A stretch of DNA of 63,689 nucleotides, the filler included, from Octopus bimaculoides (Eukaryota), in the NCBI RefSeq assembly GCF_001194135.2. It is 7 parts of 5 records of this genome, joined end to end, with 100 filler letters (N's around TTAATTAATTAA, not from the genome) between each part and the next. Parts side by side here need not be neighbours in the genome. Positions count along the whole stretch, not along the records: positions 1 to 23,124 come from NC_068983.1; 6 more parts are not named here. The stretch is one strand, 5' to 3'. The notes under the pieces are model-generated. The model worked only from the letters and a program-made list of their open reading frames with translations. It had not been told where the DNA came from and ran no database searches. The first letter of the stretch is position 1. Each line of letters begins with the position of its first letter. Below, one piece after another: positions 1-11,660 of the stretch. A program made the translations under genes and the position numbers.

Positions 1-304
1 GTGTTCTTTTTCAGACTGAAGCGAACACGTTACAATGAAGTAGAGAAATTTGAAAAGACAACACGAAACCGGTTATTTCTCAAAATACAATGTTTATATA
101 CCAAATAGATTTTATATTTTTCTTCTTTCTTTTCTTTTCTTTTTTTGTGGTGGGGGTTGGGGTGAGATCGGGTCGGGCTGTGGTTAGTGGAAAATGTAGA
201 ACATAAATTTCGATTTATATGTGTTTAGGTGCGTGTATAGTCATTCCTCTATACTCTGTAACAAGGAGAATAGAATCAATGCTTTTTTATTGTGAGAAGG
301 TTCG

Positions 305-570
305 GGGTGTGGTGGTTCGGTGTGTTGCACTGTCGCTCGTAAGATCATGGTTTCGATTCTCGGATCGGTCGGTCAGTTGTGTTGTCAAGCAAAATATTTC
401 GTTTCACGTTGCTGCAGTCGATTCAACTTTGGATGGGACCCAGCAATAGCTGGGAAGTTAACTCTGTGACGGACTGGCGTCCCATTCAGGTGAGAGGGAA
501 TGTCCTCTAAGATACTGATATGAAGCTGAGTTATATCCTGGTGTTATGAGTCGTAGGGCTTGTGGCAGAT
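305..570 (+). mobile_element. Old tRNA-derived SINE (degenerate head, CORE-like block, GACGGACTGGCGTCCCATTCAGG central motif)
   Basis: Degenerate A/B-box-like head (GGTGTGGTGGTT...GTTTCGATTCTC). It is followed by a diverged version of the GTTGTGTCCTTGAGCAAGACACTTTATTTCACGTTGCTCCAGT block seen in the SINEs at 9160 and 14235. Confidence 0.45.
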
Positions 571-582
571 TTAAGTCTAAGT

Positions 583-760
583 CAGTGCTTCTTAAACTAT
601 GGGTTCGCGAAGCGAAATCCTGGGATCGCGAAAATTAAATTCAAACGCTTAGATTTAAGTTTATATGTTATTTCACAAACGCATACTTAATACCTTGGGT
701 CGTGAAAAATCTTGTGATGAAAAATTAGGGTCATTAGTGAAAAAAGTTTAAGAAGCGCTG
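583..760. mobile_element. hAT (Charlie-type) MITE, 178 bp
   Basis: 16-bp TIRs CAGTGCTTCTTAAACT / AGTTTAAGAAGCGCTG with 1 mismatch. 8-bp TSD GTCTAAGT / GTCTAATT (7/8), resembling the NTCTAGAN Charlie target. Confidence 0.85.
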
Positions 761-794
761 GTCTAATTCATGAGAGGAGGGAAGCGCACAAGTA

Positions 795-1337
795 TGAGGG
801 TGAGTCAAAAAGTAATGCCATTTTGTTTTGGACAGGTTATAATTACCAACACAGGAACATGTATCATACATCAAACTGAAGCTGGTCCTCTGTGGATCAC
901 ATCCCTACTTCTCAACATAGTCACCGATTCTCTCAATAGCTATGTTCCACCTTCGAATGAGAGCATGTATCCCTGCCCCGTAAAATTCTGTTGACTGTTC
1001 TTTGAGCCACTTTTACACTAGTTTTCACTTCCTCGTCACTGGAATAATATTTGCCTCTCAAACCCTCATTAATGGTGCCGAAGAGACGATAGTGACGAGG
1101 GAGTGAAAACTGTATTTAAGAAGTGGCTCAAAGAACAGTCAACGGAATTTTACGGGGCAGGGATACATGCTCTCATTCGAAGGAGGAACATTGCTATTGA
1201 GAGAAACGGTGACTATGTTGAGAAGTAGGGATGTGATCCACAGAGGACCAGCTTCATTTTGGTGTATGACACATGTTCCTGTGTTGGTAATTATACCTGT
1301 CCTAAACAAGATGGCATTACTTTTTAACTCACCCTCG
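795..1337. mobile_element. Palindromic mariner-derived non-autonomous element (two inverted 3' ends)
   Basis: TA on both flanks (793-794, 1338-1339) and ends (T/C)GAGGG...CCCTCG. Arms of about 245 bp (795-1040, 1091-1337) surround a 50-bp spacer. The right arm translates SDEGVKTVFKKWLKEQSTEFYGAGIHALIRRRNIAIERNGDYVEK*, a mariner transposase C-terminus. Confidence 0.85.
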
Positions 1338-1539
1338 TATCTCCTTTCAGCGACTGGAGATGTCGATATGATCAATGATCGTCATGTACTTCTGTAAGAC
1401 GATGGTATTAACGCAATGGTTCTCAATCATTTTTTTCCTGTGGACTCCTTTGATTCGTGTTTCACTTGGATGGATCCACATAACCATTTGACGTTTAAAA
1501 ATTCCTTTTGTATTTTTATAATTAAATATTCTTTTATTT

Positions 1540-1892
1540 GTTTCAGTCGTTTGACTGCGGCCATACTGGAGCACCGCCTTTTAGTCGAAGAAATCGACCC
1601 CAGGACTTATTCTTTGTAAGCCTGGTGCTTATTCTAACGGTCTCTTGTGCCGAACCGCTAAGTTATGGGGAAGTAAACATACCAGCATCGGTTATCAAGC
1701 GATGGTGGGCGGACAAACACATACACAAAGACACACATAAATATATACATATATGTATATACGACTGGCTTCTCTCAGTTTCCGTCTACCAAAACCACTC
1801 ACAAGACTTTGGTCGGCCTGAGGCTATAGTAGAAGACACTTGCCCATGTGGTTGGAAAGCAAGCTTCTTACCCCATAGCCACACCTGCGCCT
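1540..1892 (-). mobile_element. SINE family B (tRNA-like head GGCGCAGG..GTGGTAAG, CACCTTGGGCAAGTGTCTT block, (CA)n-rich middle)
   Basis: Recurs many times in the window: 4210-4400(-), 5258-5900(+), 11768-12175(-), 18490-18760(+), 20075-20270(-), 36530-36670(-), 39005-39200(+), 42385-42530(-), 43345-43500(+), 45800-46080(-), 55150-55320(+), 56815-57030(-), 60433-60610(+), 62870-63015(+). Confidence 0.85.
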
Positions 1893-2077
1893 ATATTATT
1901 GGGAATTTTTTTTTTTTTTAATTGACATATTTCGTGTAGTGTAGAAATATAACCGATTTATTGCGTATAAATTTTAGCAACAAAATCTTAACCCCAAAGG
2001 GTCATGTGGACCCGGTCGAAAACCAGTTTTAAGGTGTGTGCAGGAAAAAGATACATTAACTAAATGTCTAGTGCAGG

Positions 2078-2126
<49 letters not shown>

Positions 2127-2530
2127 AAAATAAGGTAGAAGTAAGGACAGATGGTGGGAGCATAAGACAGGCTCGAATAAAAGAAGGTAAGAAGGTAGCA
2201 GCTTTTTGTTGGATCTTTTAATTAGGGAGGAAAGGTACTACTCATGACACTTTACGGTACGACCAAGACTGGTGAGAAGGAAGGAAGGAAGGGAAGGAGA
2301 AAGATATCCTCAAACCGGAAGCCTGGTCTGATTACTAGCAACAGAGCGGACTTTACTAAAAGCGCCCAGGATGCAAGGTGGTAGTAGTGGTAGTGGTGGT
2401 GATGGTGGTGGTGTGAAAGCGGGTGACAGAATAAGTCTGCCACCCACGCAGCTTGTGAAATGTTATCTCCTGTCTCACTCACTCACGTCGTACGTGTCCT
2501 TCTATTGTTCGTGATACATCATAGAGCAAG

Positions 2531-3170
2531 CAAAAAGGCGGCTAACTGACAGAATCGTTAGCACACCGGGCGAAATGCTTAGCGGTATTTCGTCTGTCTT
2601 TATGTTCTGAGTTCAAATTCCGTTGAGGTCGACTTTGCCTTTCATCCTTTCGGGGTCGAAAAATTAAGTACCAGTTGCGTACTGAGTTCGATCTAATCGA
2701 CTGGCACCCTCCTCCAAAATTTCGGGTCTTGTGCCAAGAGTAGAAAAGAATATGTCCCGGGCAGCGTGCTGGCAGAATCGTTAGCACGCCGGGCGAAATG
2801 CTTAGTAGTATTTCGTCTGTCTTTACGTTCCGAGTTCAAATTCCGCCGGGGTCAACTTTGCCTTTTCATCCTTTCAGGATCGATAAATTAAGTACCAGTT
2901 CCGTACTGGTTCGATTTAATCGACTGGCGCTCTCCCCCAAAATTTCAGGCCTTGTGCCTAGAGTACAAAAAGAATTATAGGACAAGCGAGCTGGCAGAAT
3001 CGTTAACACGCCGAGCGAAATGCTTATAGGTATTTAGTTTGTCTTTACGTTCCGAGTTCAAATTCCACCGAGGTCGACTTTACTGCTCATCCTTCCGGAT
3101 CGATGAAATAGGTACCAGTCGACTTCCTCCTCCCCAAAAATTTCAGGCCTTGTACCTATAACAGGAAGGC
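2531..3170 (+). mobile_element. Three head-to-tail copies of SINE family A (GGCGAGCTGGCAGAATCGTTAGC...GAGTTCAAATTCC...GTACCAGT)
   Basis: Copies start at about 2531, 2758 and 2980, with Pol III-like A box TGGCAGAATCG and B box GAGTTCAAATTCC. Further copies: 9620-10005, 11025-11170, 12628-13290, 21050-21230(-), 42686-42885, 43080-43270(-). Confidence 0.85.
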
Positions 3171-3237
3171 TTAGTAGTGGTATATTATGGTAGTGAACAA
3201 GTTTACAATTATAGCCAACAGGCTTTACTATTAATGT

Positions 3238-3408
3238 TATTCTGTTATACCAAGAAATGTTACACAGCCTGATGCAGTAAAGTCTAGCGAAATATGCCCT
3301 AAACCTCTTCACAAATATAGCTGAACGCTACTGCTTCCTAATCTTTCAAGGGCGATGACACTCTTTCGTTTTTACTAAAACGAATCGCTCTAAATATATT
3401 TATTCATC
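3238..3408 (+). repeat. Unclassified interspersed repeat, copy 1 (5' part only)
   Basis: About 88-90% identical by eye to 3790-3953, with a 12-bp indel. Its 3' half also matches 8200-8270. Confidence 0.8.
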
Positions 3409-3787
3409 GGAGGCGCAATGGCCCAGTGGTTAGGGCAGCGGACTCGCCGTCGTAGGATCGCGGTTTCGATTCCCAGACTGGGCGTTGTGAGTGTTTATTA
3501 AGCGAAAAACACCTAAAGCTCCATGAGGATCCAGTACGGGGTGGTGGCGAACCCTACTGTAGTCTTTCATCACAACTTTCTCTCACTCTTTCTTCCTATT
3601 TTTGTTGTACCTGTATTTCAAAGGGCCAGCCTTGTCACACTGTGTCACGCTGAATATCCCCGAGAACTACGTTAAGGGTACATGTGTCTGTGGAATGCTC
3701 AGCCACTTGCACGTTAATTTCACGAGCAGGCTGTTCCGTTGATCGGATCAACTGGAACCCTCGTCGTCGTAACCGACTGAGTGCCAC
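3409..3787 (+). mobile_element. SINE family C, apparently full length
   Basis: tRNA-like head with A box TGGCCCAGTGG and B box GTTTCGATTCC. 3' region ...GGAACCCTCGTCGTCGTAACCGAC..GAGTGCCAC is shared with copies at 9095-9410, 9495-9620, 14160-14520 and 21925-22230. Confidence 0.85.
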
Positions 3788-3789
3788 GA

Positions 3790-4175
3790 TTCTGTTATAC
3801 CAAGAAATGTTACACAGCCTGATGAAGTAAAGTCTAGTGAAATATGCTCTAAATATAGCTGTACACTAGTGCTTCCTAATCTCTCAAGAGAGATGACACA
3901 CTTTTTGCTTAACTAAAAATAAAACGAATCGCTCTAAATATATTCATTCATCGAAACGCTTTCAAACAGAACGAGTTCGAGATCACGTGAGAGTAAGCAT
4001 GACAGGAAAATATAGCTAATCAGTGTTTAATTGTGATTAAGGAAATCTAACTAATAAAAAGACAAAGTATTCTAACCGGAGAGAATTTCACGACACACCT
4101 GTATAACACCTGTGTAACGTCATCAGGCAGTCGCATAAATTTCAAAACACACCTGCATAATTTTACTATTCACGT
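3790..4175 (+). repeat. Unclassified interspersed repeat, copy 2 (longest)
   Basis: Shares its 5' part with 3238-3408 and its 3' part with 8200-8490, including an invariant 35-bp block GACACACCTGTATAACACCTGTGTAACGTCATCAG. Confidence 0.8.
3814..3862 (+). ncRNA. Type-I hammerhead ribozyme-like motif (possibly degenerate)
   Basis: Stem I ACAGC(3814-18)/GCUGU(3858-62). Core CUGAUGA (3819-25) and GAAA (3839-42). Stem III AUAU/AUAU with a 7-nt loop. Cleavage triplet AUA (after 3857). Stem II is weak, at best 3 bp with a bulge. Folded by hand only. Confidence 0.45.
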
Positions 4176-5113
4176 AGGCTTTTACCACACACAATACTTT
4201 TTTTTTTTTACTTGTTTGACTGCGGCTGGGGCACCGTCTTGAAGAATTTTTGTTCATTGAATCGGACCCGGTATTTTGTTTTGTTTATGATTGGTATTTA
4301 TCCTAACGTTCTCCTTTTGCCTAATCGCTAGATTACAGGGACGTAAACATACCAACACCGGTTGTCAAACGGTGGTGGGGAACAGACACATACATGTACA
4401 CGCGCATGCACGTACACATACACACACATACACACAAACATACACACACGCGCGCGCGCACGCACAAACACATATATACTCGTTTATTACTGTTGTTATT
4501 CTAACTAATTGCCCGGAAATCTTTCTCACACATCTGTGACCTCTTCGGCGATACTTTCCGTTCTCGTGTATACTCTTACTCCGCTTAGTCCATTCTGTTT
4601 TTCTATTATGTGTATCCTGCATCACGGAATTTTATCAGTGAACTGGTCGCGGTTTCAAAGCAACGAAAATATTTTGACAAATTAAATTTAAATGTTGAAG
4701 TGAATCTAACGGTTTTTGTGTGTTTTTAAATGGCTTATAAAAGACCTTCCACACTGCAATTGTTTATATATATATATATATATATATNNNNNNNNNNNNN
4801 NNNNNNNNNNNNNNNNNNNNNNNNNNNNNNNNNNNNNNNNNNNNNNNNNNNNNNNNNNNNNNNNNNNNNNNNNNNNNNNNNNNNNNNNNNNNNNNNNNNN
4901 NNNNNNNNNNNNNNNNNNNNNNNNNNNNNNNNNNNNNNNNNNNNNNNNNNNNNNNNNNNNNNNNNNNNNNNNNNNNNNNNNNNNNNNNNNNNNNNNNNNN
5001 NNNNNNNNNNNNNNNNNNNNNNNNNNNNNNNNNNNNNNNNNNNNNNNNNNNNNNNNNNNNNNNNNNNNNNNNNNNNNNNNNNNNNTGTGTGTGCGCGTGT
5101 GTGTGTGTGTGTG

Positions 5114-5146
<33 letters not shown>

Positions 5147-5625
5147 CTGTGTCTGTGTGTGCATTTGTGTGTGTGTGTGCGTGCTCGTGTGTACTTGTGT
5201 CTGTATGTGTATGTGCGTATGTGTGTGCATACATATATACATACATGTATAGGCACAGGCATGACTGTGGTAAAGAAGCTTGCTTCCCAACCACATGGTC
5301 TCGGGTTCAGTTCCACTACGTGGCACCTTAGGCAAGTGTCTTCTGCTATGGCCTCAGGCAGAATAAAGTCTTGAGAGTGGAATCGGTAGACGGAAACTGA
5401 AAAAAAAAACCGTCGAATATACATAAATGAGTGTGTGTGTATGTATGTATGTGTTTGTCCCTCACCATCGCTTGACAACTGGTATTGGTGTGTTTACAAA
5501 CACATATATAGTTGGTTTCATAAGAAAAAATATGTTCTGGTGTCGATTCATTCGACTAGAAATTCTTCAACGCGGTACCCAAGTAAGGCCTGGGTCTTAT
5601 CACTGAATCAAGTAAAAGATAAAAG

Positions 5626-5695
<70 letters not shown>

Positions 5696-6619
5696 ATGTC
5701 TGTCTGTCTCTGTGTCTGTGTTTGTACCTCACTACCGCTTGACAACCGGTGTTGGTGTGTTTACACACACATATAATTGATGTCGTAAGAAAAAATAAGT
5801 TTTGTTGTCGATTCATTCTTCTACTAAAAATTCTTCAAGGTGGTTCCCCAGCAAGGCCTGGGTCTTATGACTGAAGCAAGTAAAATATAAAAGGTGTGTG
5901 TGTGTGTGTGTGTGTATAAATCTACACAATAAATGCGATCAGTTACATCAGAGGGATGATGCTTCAAAGATCTACTCGAATTACAAAGCGTATTTCTCCT
6001 CCTTTCATCCAACACTAAAATATCGAACCAACTCAACCGAACAGAGATGCAGAAATTAAACAGACGTTCTACTTAGACGTTTGCTGATTTTGTATTCTCT
6101 CTTTCCGCTATTCCACGAAAAAAAAACCCCAAAAATAAAATAAAGTAAAATGTCCTAAAATTTTCATCAACCACATCACAAAGTTAAATTCTTCGAGCAT
6201 TTACATCACAAATCGATCCCGCTTTTAAATAAAACATACCCTAGATTATTTCGCTAATAATAGAATTATAGATCAAATAGCTTTTTCTTCAGAAAAATAA
6301 GCATTCAGGTCTTAAATTAGCATAGAATTACATCTCCAGAATTTGTTGTCTTCTGTCAAAAACAACCCCATCTTAAATTAACATATTTTCTTCTCTATTA
6401 TTATTCGCATTAGCATTTTCCTGCCTAACTTTTCCTTCTTTTTATGGTTTTTTTTTTTAATCAGCCATTTGCTTCTCTTTCTTATCGATTTTGTCTTTTG
6501 ATATATCGATATACTTTTTACCTTTTTGAGTTAGTTGTCGTCTTACATTAGTTGTTTTATAGTATAAGCCTTGGTTTTTACCATTAAATACTTTAGAAGT
6601 CAATGTTGGAATGTCAGTA

Positions 6620-8870
6620 TGTTCGTCTTTAAAATTAACTGGAATTCTCTTTATATCTGATGGTATATTTTAATATGATAGCTATGCACTTTGATGCTCT
6701 AATACTGCTAGGCATTTTTGTAATGCTACTTACATCTTCGGGTAGTGCGATCGAGTCGGTCAATCTCCACTCGTATCCATTTCAGAATGGGTGTACTATA
6801 ACGAACTACAACAGCCCATATATTGATGGCAGTTACAAAGTTCCTTGCATTGAGTTTTGAATTCAAGAGAAATTTGAGGCGCTTCAGATATGCAGCGGTG
6901 TCTTTCATTGTCTTTCATTGTCTTTCATTTCTCAGTACAAGATATTATCCAGCCCCAGAAACCCAGGGTACTTGTACCCATCACCAACTGCATCTCCTAT
7001 TCGCTCTCCGTTTGGCAATTCTATGCCCCTGCAATCTGCTCTTTTCCCCCGTACTAAAATAAGCATCGCACACTTTGAGATCTCGAATTCCATTCCTATA
7101 TCCTTACTGCACATTTGTACAGTCTCAACCAGCCCCTCCATTCCAGACTCTGTTTTTGCGAACAGTTTTAAATCATTCATGAACAGAAGGTGGTTGAGAC
7201 AAGGTCCATTTTTCCTCAGCCCAAAGCGCGCTTTGACTTTGCATAGAACTACAAGGAATGGGATCAAAGCTATAACAAGAAGCAAAGGTGAAGGAGAATT
7301 TGCCTGGAAGAAACCTCTTTTGATTGTTACTTCGGCTAAGTGCTGGTTCTTACAGAAAAGACATATTTCCAACTGTTCTTAATCATGTACATACATTCTC
7401 AGCTACTCCATTCATGCCAAGCGCTTCCAAAATTCACGAATGCAGCAACATGTCGTAAGCCTTTTAAAATTTATCCAGGTCATGCACAAGATGTTTTGGT
7501 ACCGTTTGCAATTCTTCATTGCAACCTTGTCTATCACAAGGTGATCCTTGGCGCCCTTATATCCTTTCCGGCATCCCTTTTGTTCTACTTGAAGTAGATC
7601 ATTTTCCGCAAGGAAACGTATTTATTTTCCCTGCTAAGATGCCTGTTAACACTTTCATTAAAGGTTAAGACAAGTAATTTGCCAACCTCATCGCTCTCTG
7701 ACCGCTGTTTCATCAACAATGTTGTCCTTCCTTTTACCATCCAATTCGCAATCGCATTATTCTGTAGGCAGCCGTGTAATTTCAAGCCAATTCGTCCGTG
7801 TCTTGACTTAAATCACTTCAAACAAAAGCTTCAAGTTTCATCTTGTCTTGCTGTTCTCTATTTTGGCAGTTTTGATACCTGTGAAATTACATCGTCCGTT
7901 GTTATGGACTCATGACCCTACTTGGGGCCTCAAGATGCTGGAGTTCGGATCCCACGGAATGAAATTACCTAGTACCGTGGTTATGGGTAACCTTTTGTTC
8001 CCAGATGTTGTGTCAAAATTGACAGGTTTTCTCTGCTTTAAGAGGTATATAATTTTCTGCGTCTTTACCAAAGCTCTTAGAAAAACTGCCCCGGTTAATC
8101 TGAATAATCTGTTTTGATGGAACTGTGATATGCGTTCAGTGTAATGTTGTACCTCCAATGCTTTTGTCTGAATACGTTGTTTTAGTGTTTCGATTACAGT
8201 TTTCTCAAGGGCGATGACACTTGCTTTATTAAAAATAAAACGAATCGCTCTATATATATTTATTCATCGAAACGCTCTCAAGCAAAATGTGTTCGAGATC
8301 ACGTGCGAGTAAGCATGAATGAAGGAAAATAGGTAATCAGTACTAAATTGTAATGTAGGAATTATAACTAATGAAAAGAAAGTATTTTAACCGTAGAGAA
8401 TTTCATGACACACCTGTATAACACCTGTGTAACGTCATCAGACAGCTGTATAATTGCACAAAACACTTGCGTAATTTTACTACACATTGGTTCTGTCTCT
8501 GCTGTTCTAATGATTATTTATTCGAGTCTTGTCATTAAGCCCTTCTATTCCCCAATCATATCCTCTGTTAATAGAGGGTCCTCTATATTATACTGATTCT
8601 TTTCCAATCCTCCACGCAAGACCCTCTCCTCTACTACACCACTTTGCCTACCCATCTACTGACCTTCACCTACATTAACTTTCTGAAGGTTATCATCACT
8701 ACACACGCTTTCGCTGACTGTCTGTACTTGGGTTTCATTAAGAAAGCCTCTATTCCGAATCATGAGCCCATTTTGAGTAATCTGGAATATACATAACTGG
8801 TTCCAAAGTTCTAGTTCTCTTTTTCCGACAACTTTACATTTACCGTTACTCTTGTCTAGCAAGGCTTGCT
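6620..8870 (-). mobile_element. Degenerate R4/Dong-like (RLE-type) non-LTR retrotransposon ORF relic
   Basis: RT motifs KRGFFQANSPSPLLLVIALIP...LNHLLFMNDLKLFAK...SKDIGMEFEISKC...GYKYPG (6932-7372). Also YLKRLKFLLNSKLNARNFVTAINIWAV (6726-6908), WMVKGRTTLLMK (~7730), QFHQNRLFR (~8120) and ELWNQLCIFQITQ (~8800). Frameshifts and stops throughout; the FMDD motif is mutated to FMND. Confidence 0.8.
8200..8490 (+). repeat. Unclassified interspersed repeat, copy 3, interrupting the R4/Dong-like relic
   Basis: About 80% identical by eye to 3885-4170. LINE ORF-like sequence lies on both sides. Confidence 0.75.
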
Positions 8871-10012
8871 GATGACACTTAATTGCTTGTTTACATCAGA
8901 AGGCCACTTGTGTTTGCAAGCCATGTCGCGTATTTTGACTTGTGAAAGGACTACGACCATGGAAAATACATGTGACAGCTGCAGCGCTTGTTTGGTCACT
9001 TATGGAAACTAATGATAACACTGCGTATTATTATTGTTGCTACTACGATAATAATACCATCATTACTACGATTACTATCACTACCATCAATGCACGTGAT
9101 TTAGTGGTTAGGGCATTCGACTCACGATTGTAGGGTCGTGAGTTCAATTCCTGGCGACGCGTTGTGTCCTTGAGCAAGACACTTTATTTCACGTTGCTCC
9201 AGTCTACTCAGCTGGCAAAAATGAGTAATACCTGTATTTCAAAGGGCCAGACTTGTCACACTCTGCGTTACGCTGAATCTCCTCGAGAACTACGTTAAGG
9301 GTACACGTGTCTGTGGAGTGCTCAGCTACTTGTACGTTAATTTCACGAGCAGGCTGTTCTGTTCATCGGATCAACTGAAACCCGCGTCGTCGTGACCGAC
9401 GGAGTGCTCCTATTATCACTACCATTATCATTGTCAGCATTAAAGAAAGCTTCATTTTTGCACAAGTGATATTAGGCACGTGTTATCTCAGTCATGTCGA
9501 GGCGCAATTGCCCAGTGCTTAGGGCAGCGGACTCGCAGTCATATTTAATTTCACGAGCAAGCTGTTCCGTTGATCGGATCAACTGGAACCCTCGTCGTCG
9601 TAACCAACGGAGTGCCACAATCTCAGTCATGAAATGTTTAGCGGCATTTCGTCTACCTGTACGTTCTGAGTTTAAATACCGCCGATGTCGATTTTGCCTT
9701 CAAACCTTTCGAGGTCGATAGTACCAGTTGATTACTGGAGTCAATGTAATCGACTAACCCCCTTCCCACGAAATTGTTAGCCATGTACCTATAGTAGAAA
9801 GGATTGGCAGAATCGTTAGCGCGCTGGACGAAATGCTTAGCGGGATTTCGCTTGTCGCAACGTTTTGAGTTCAAATTTCGCTGAGGTTGACTTTGCCTTT
9901 TATCCTTTCGGGGTCGATAAATTAAGTATTAGTGAAACACTGGGGTCGATGTGATTGACAATTCTCCCCCCAATTCAGGATTTGTACCTTTAGTAGAAAA
10001 GGTTATTATTAT

Positions 10013-10199
10013 TCGTAACATATAATTGCCAACCAAGTTTGGCGTCCTATATGGGACAGTGCTACTGACGTTTATAGCCTCGAGAAGACATCTCTTTCAG
10101 CTGGCTAACGACACACATTCTGTGTCCCCTGAGGCTATAAACGTCAGTGGCACTGTCCCATATAGGACGCCACACTTGGTTGGCAATTATATGTTACGA
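10013..10199. repeat. Foldback/MITE-like element with 69-bp inverted arms
   Basis: Arms 10013-10081 and 10131-10199 match at 67/69 positions with a 49-bp spacer. ATT flanks both sides of CGTAAC...GTTACG and could be a 3-bp TSD. Confidence 0.8.
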
Positions 10200-10254
10200 T
10201 TCCGTATTGCTACTCAGAGATTTTATATAAGCTATTATTATTATTGTGGTTGTG

Positions 10255-10973
<719 letters not shown>

Positions 10974-11379
10974 CATTATTATTATTATTATCATCATCAT
11001 TTAGCGAGGAAAAGCGGCGAGCAGGTAGAATCGTTAGCAGCACCGGACAAAATGCTTCACAGCATTTCGTCCACCCTTACGTTCTGAAATCAAAGACCGC
11101 CGAGGTCACTCTGCCTTTTATCCTCTCCAGATCGATAAATTAAGTTCAACTTGTCCGCTGTCGATGTAATCAATCGATTAGTTAAATAATTAACCAATTA
11201 AATAATCGATTACTTGAAGAATACTTTGATCAAGCAATCATTAAGTTGGATCATCAGAGTCCTTTCAACAAACTTGGCAGACACGCGTCTCATAATCAAA
11301 TCTTCAGCGATGATGGACTGAACTGAACTGTAACTAATCTGCACATTCTCTCATAATTCACGGATGCTGATTCGACGAT

Positions 11380-11660
11380 TTCCCCTCACAGCTGCACGCA
11401 AATCTGTGATGTTTTCCTCAGTTCTGCTGGTTGCGGGTCTCCCAGAACGTTCGTCAATATCGACATTTTTCGGTCATCTTGGAAATGTCCGAACCACTCG
11501 TACACTTGTGTGTGACTGATACACTCTGCTCCATACACTTGCTGCAACTTTGCGTAGGCCTCTGAGCAGGTATCGCCATAAGAACTTTCTCTGTCATGGT
11601 CAATGCGGCGATCACACATTACACACGTTCCTTCCAAACATTGCTGTAAACAGCGGAAGA
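11380..11660 (-). mobile_element. Mariner transposase N-terminal (HTH) relic
   Basis: Translates SEAYAKLQQVYGAECISHTQVYEWFGHFQDDR, matching the mariner HTH pattern (L..VYG....S...V..W...F..GR). Confidence 0.7.

Noticed and set aside
3409-3475. tRNA-like sequences at SINE heads as tRNA genes
   Set aside because: They have A/B boxes but no complete cloverleaf or acceptor stem, and they continue into shared SINE bodies.
11255-11330. Two CUGA(A/U)GA motifs on the minus strand
   Set aside because: GAAA is mutated in both and stems I and III do not form.
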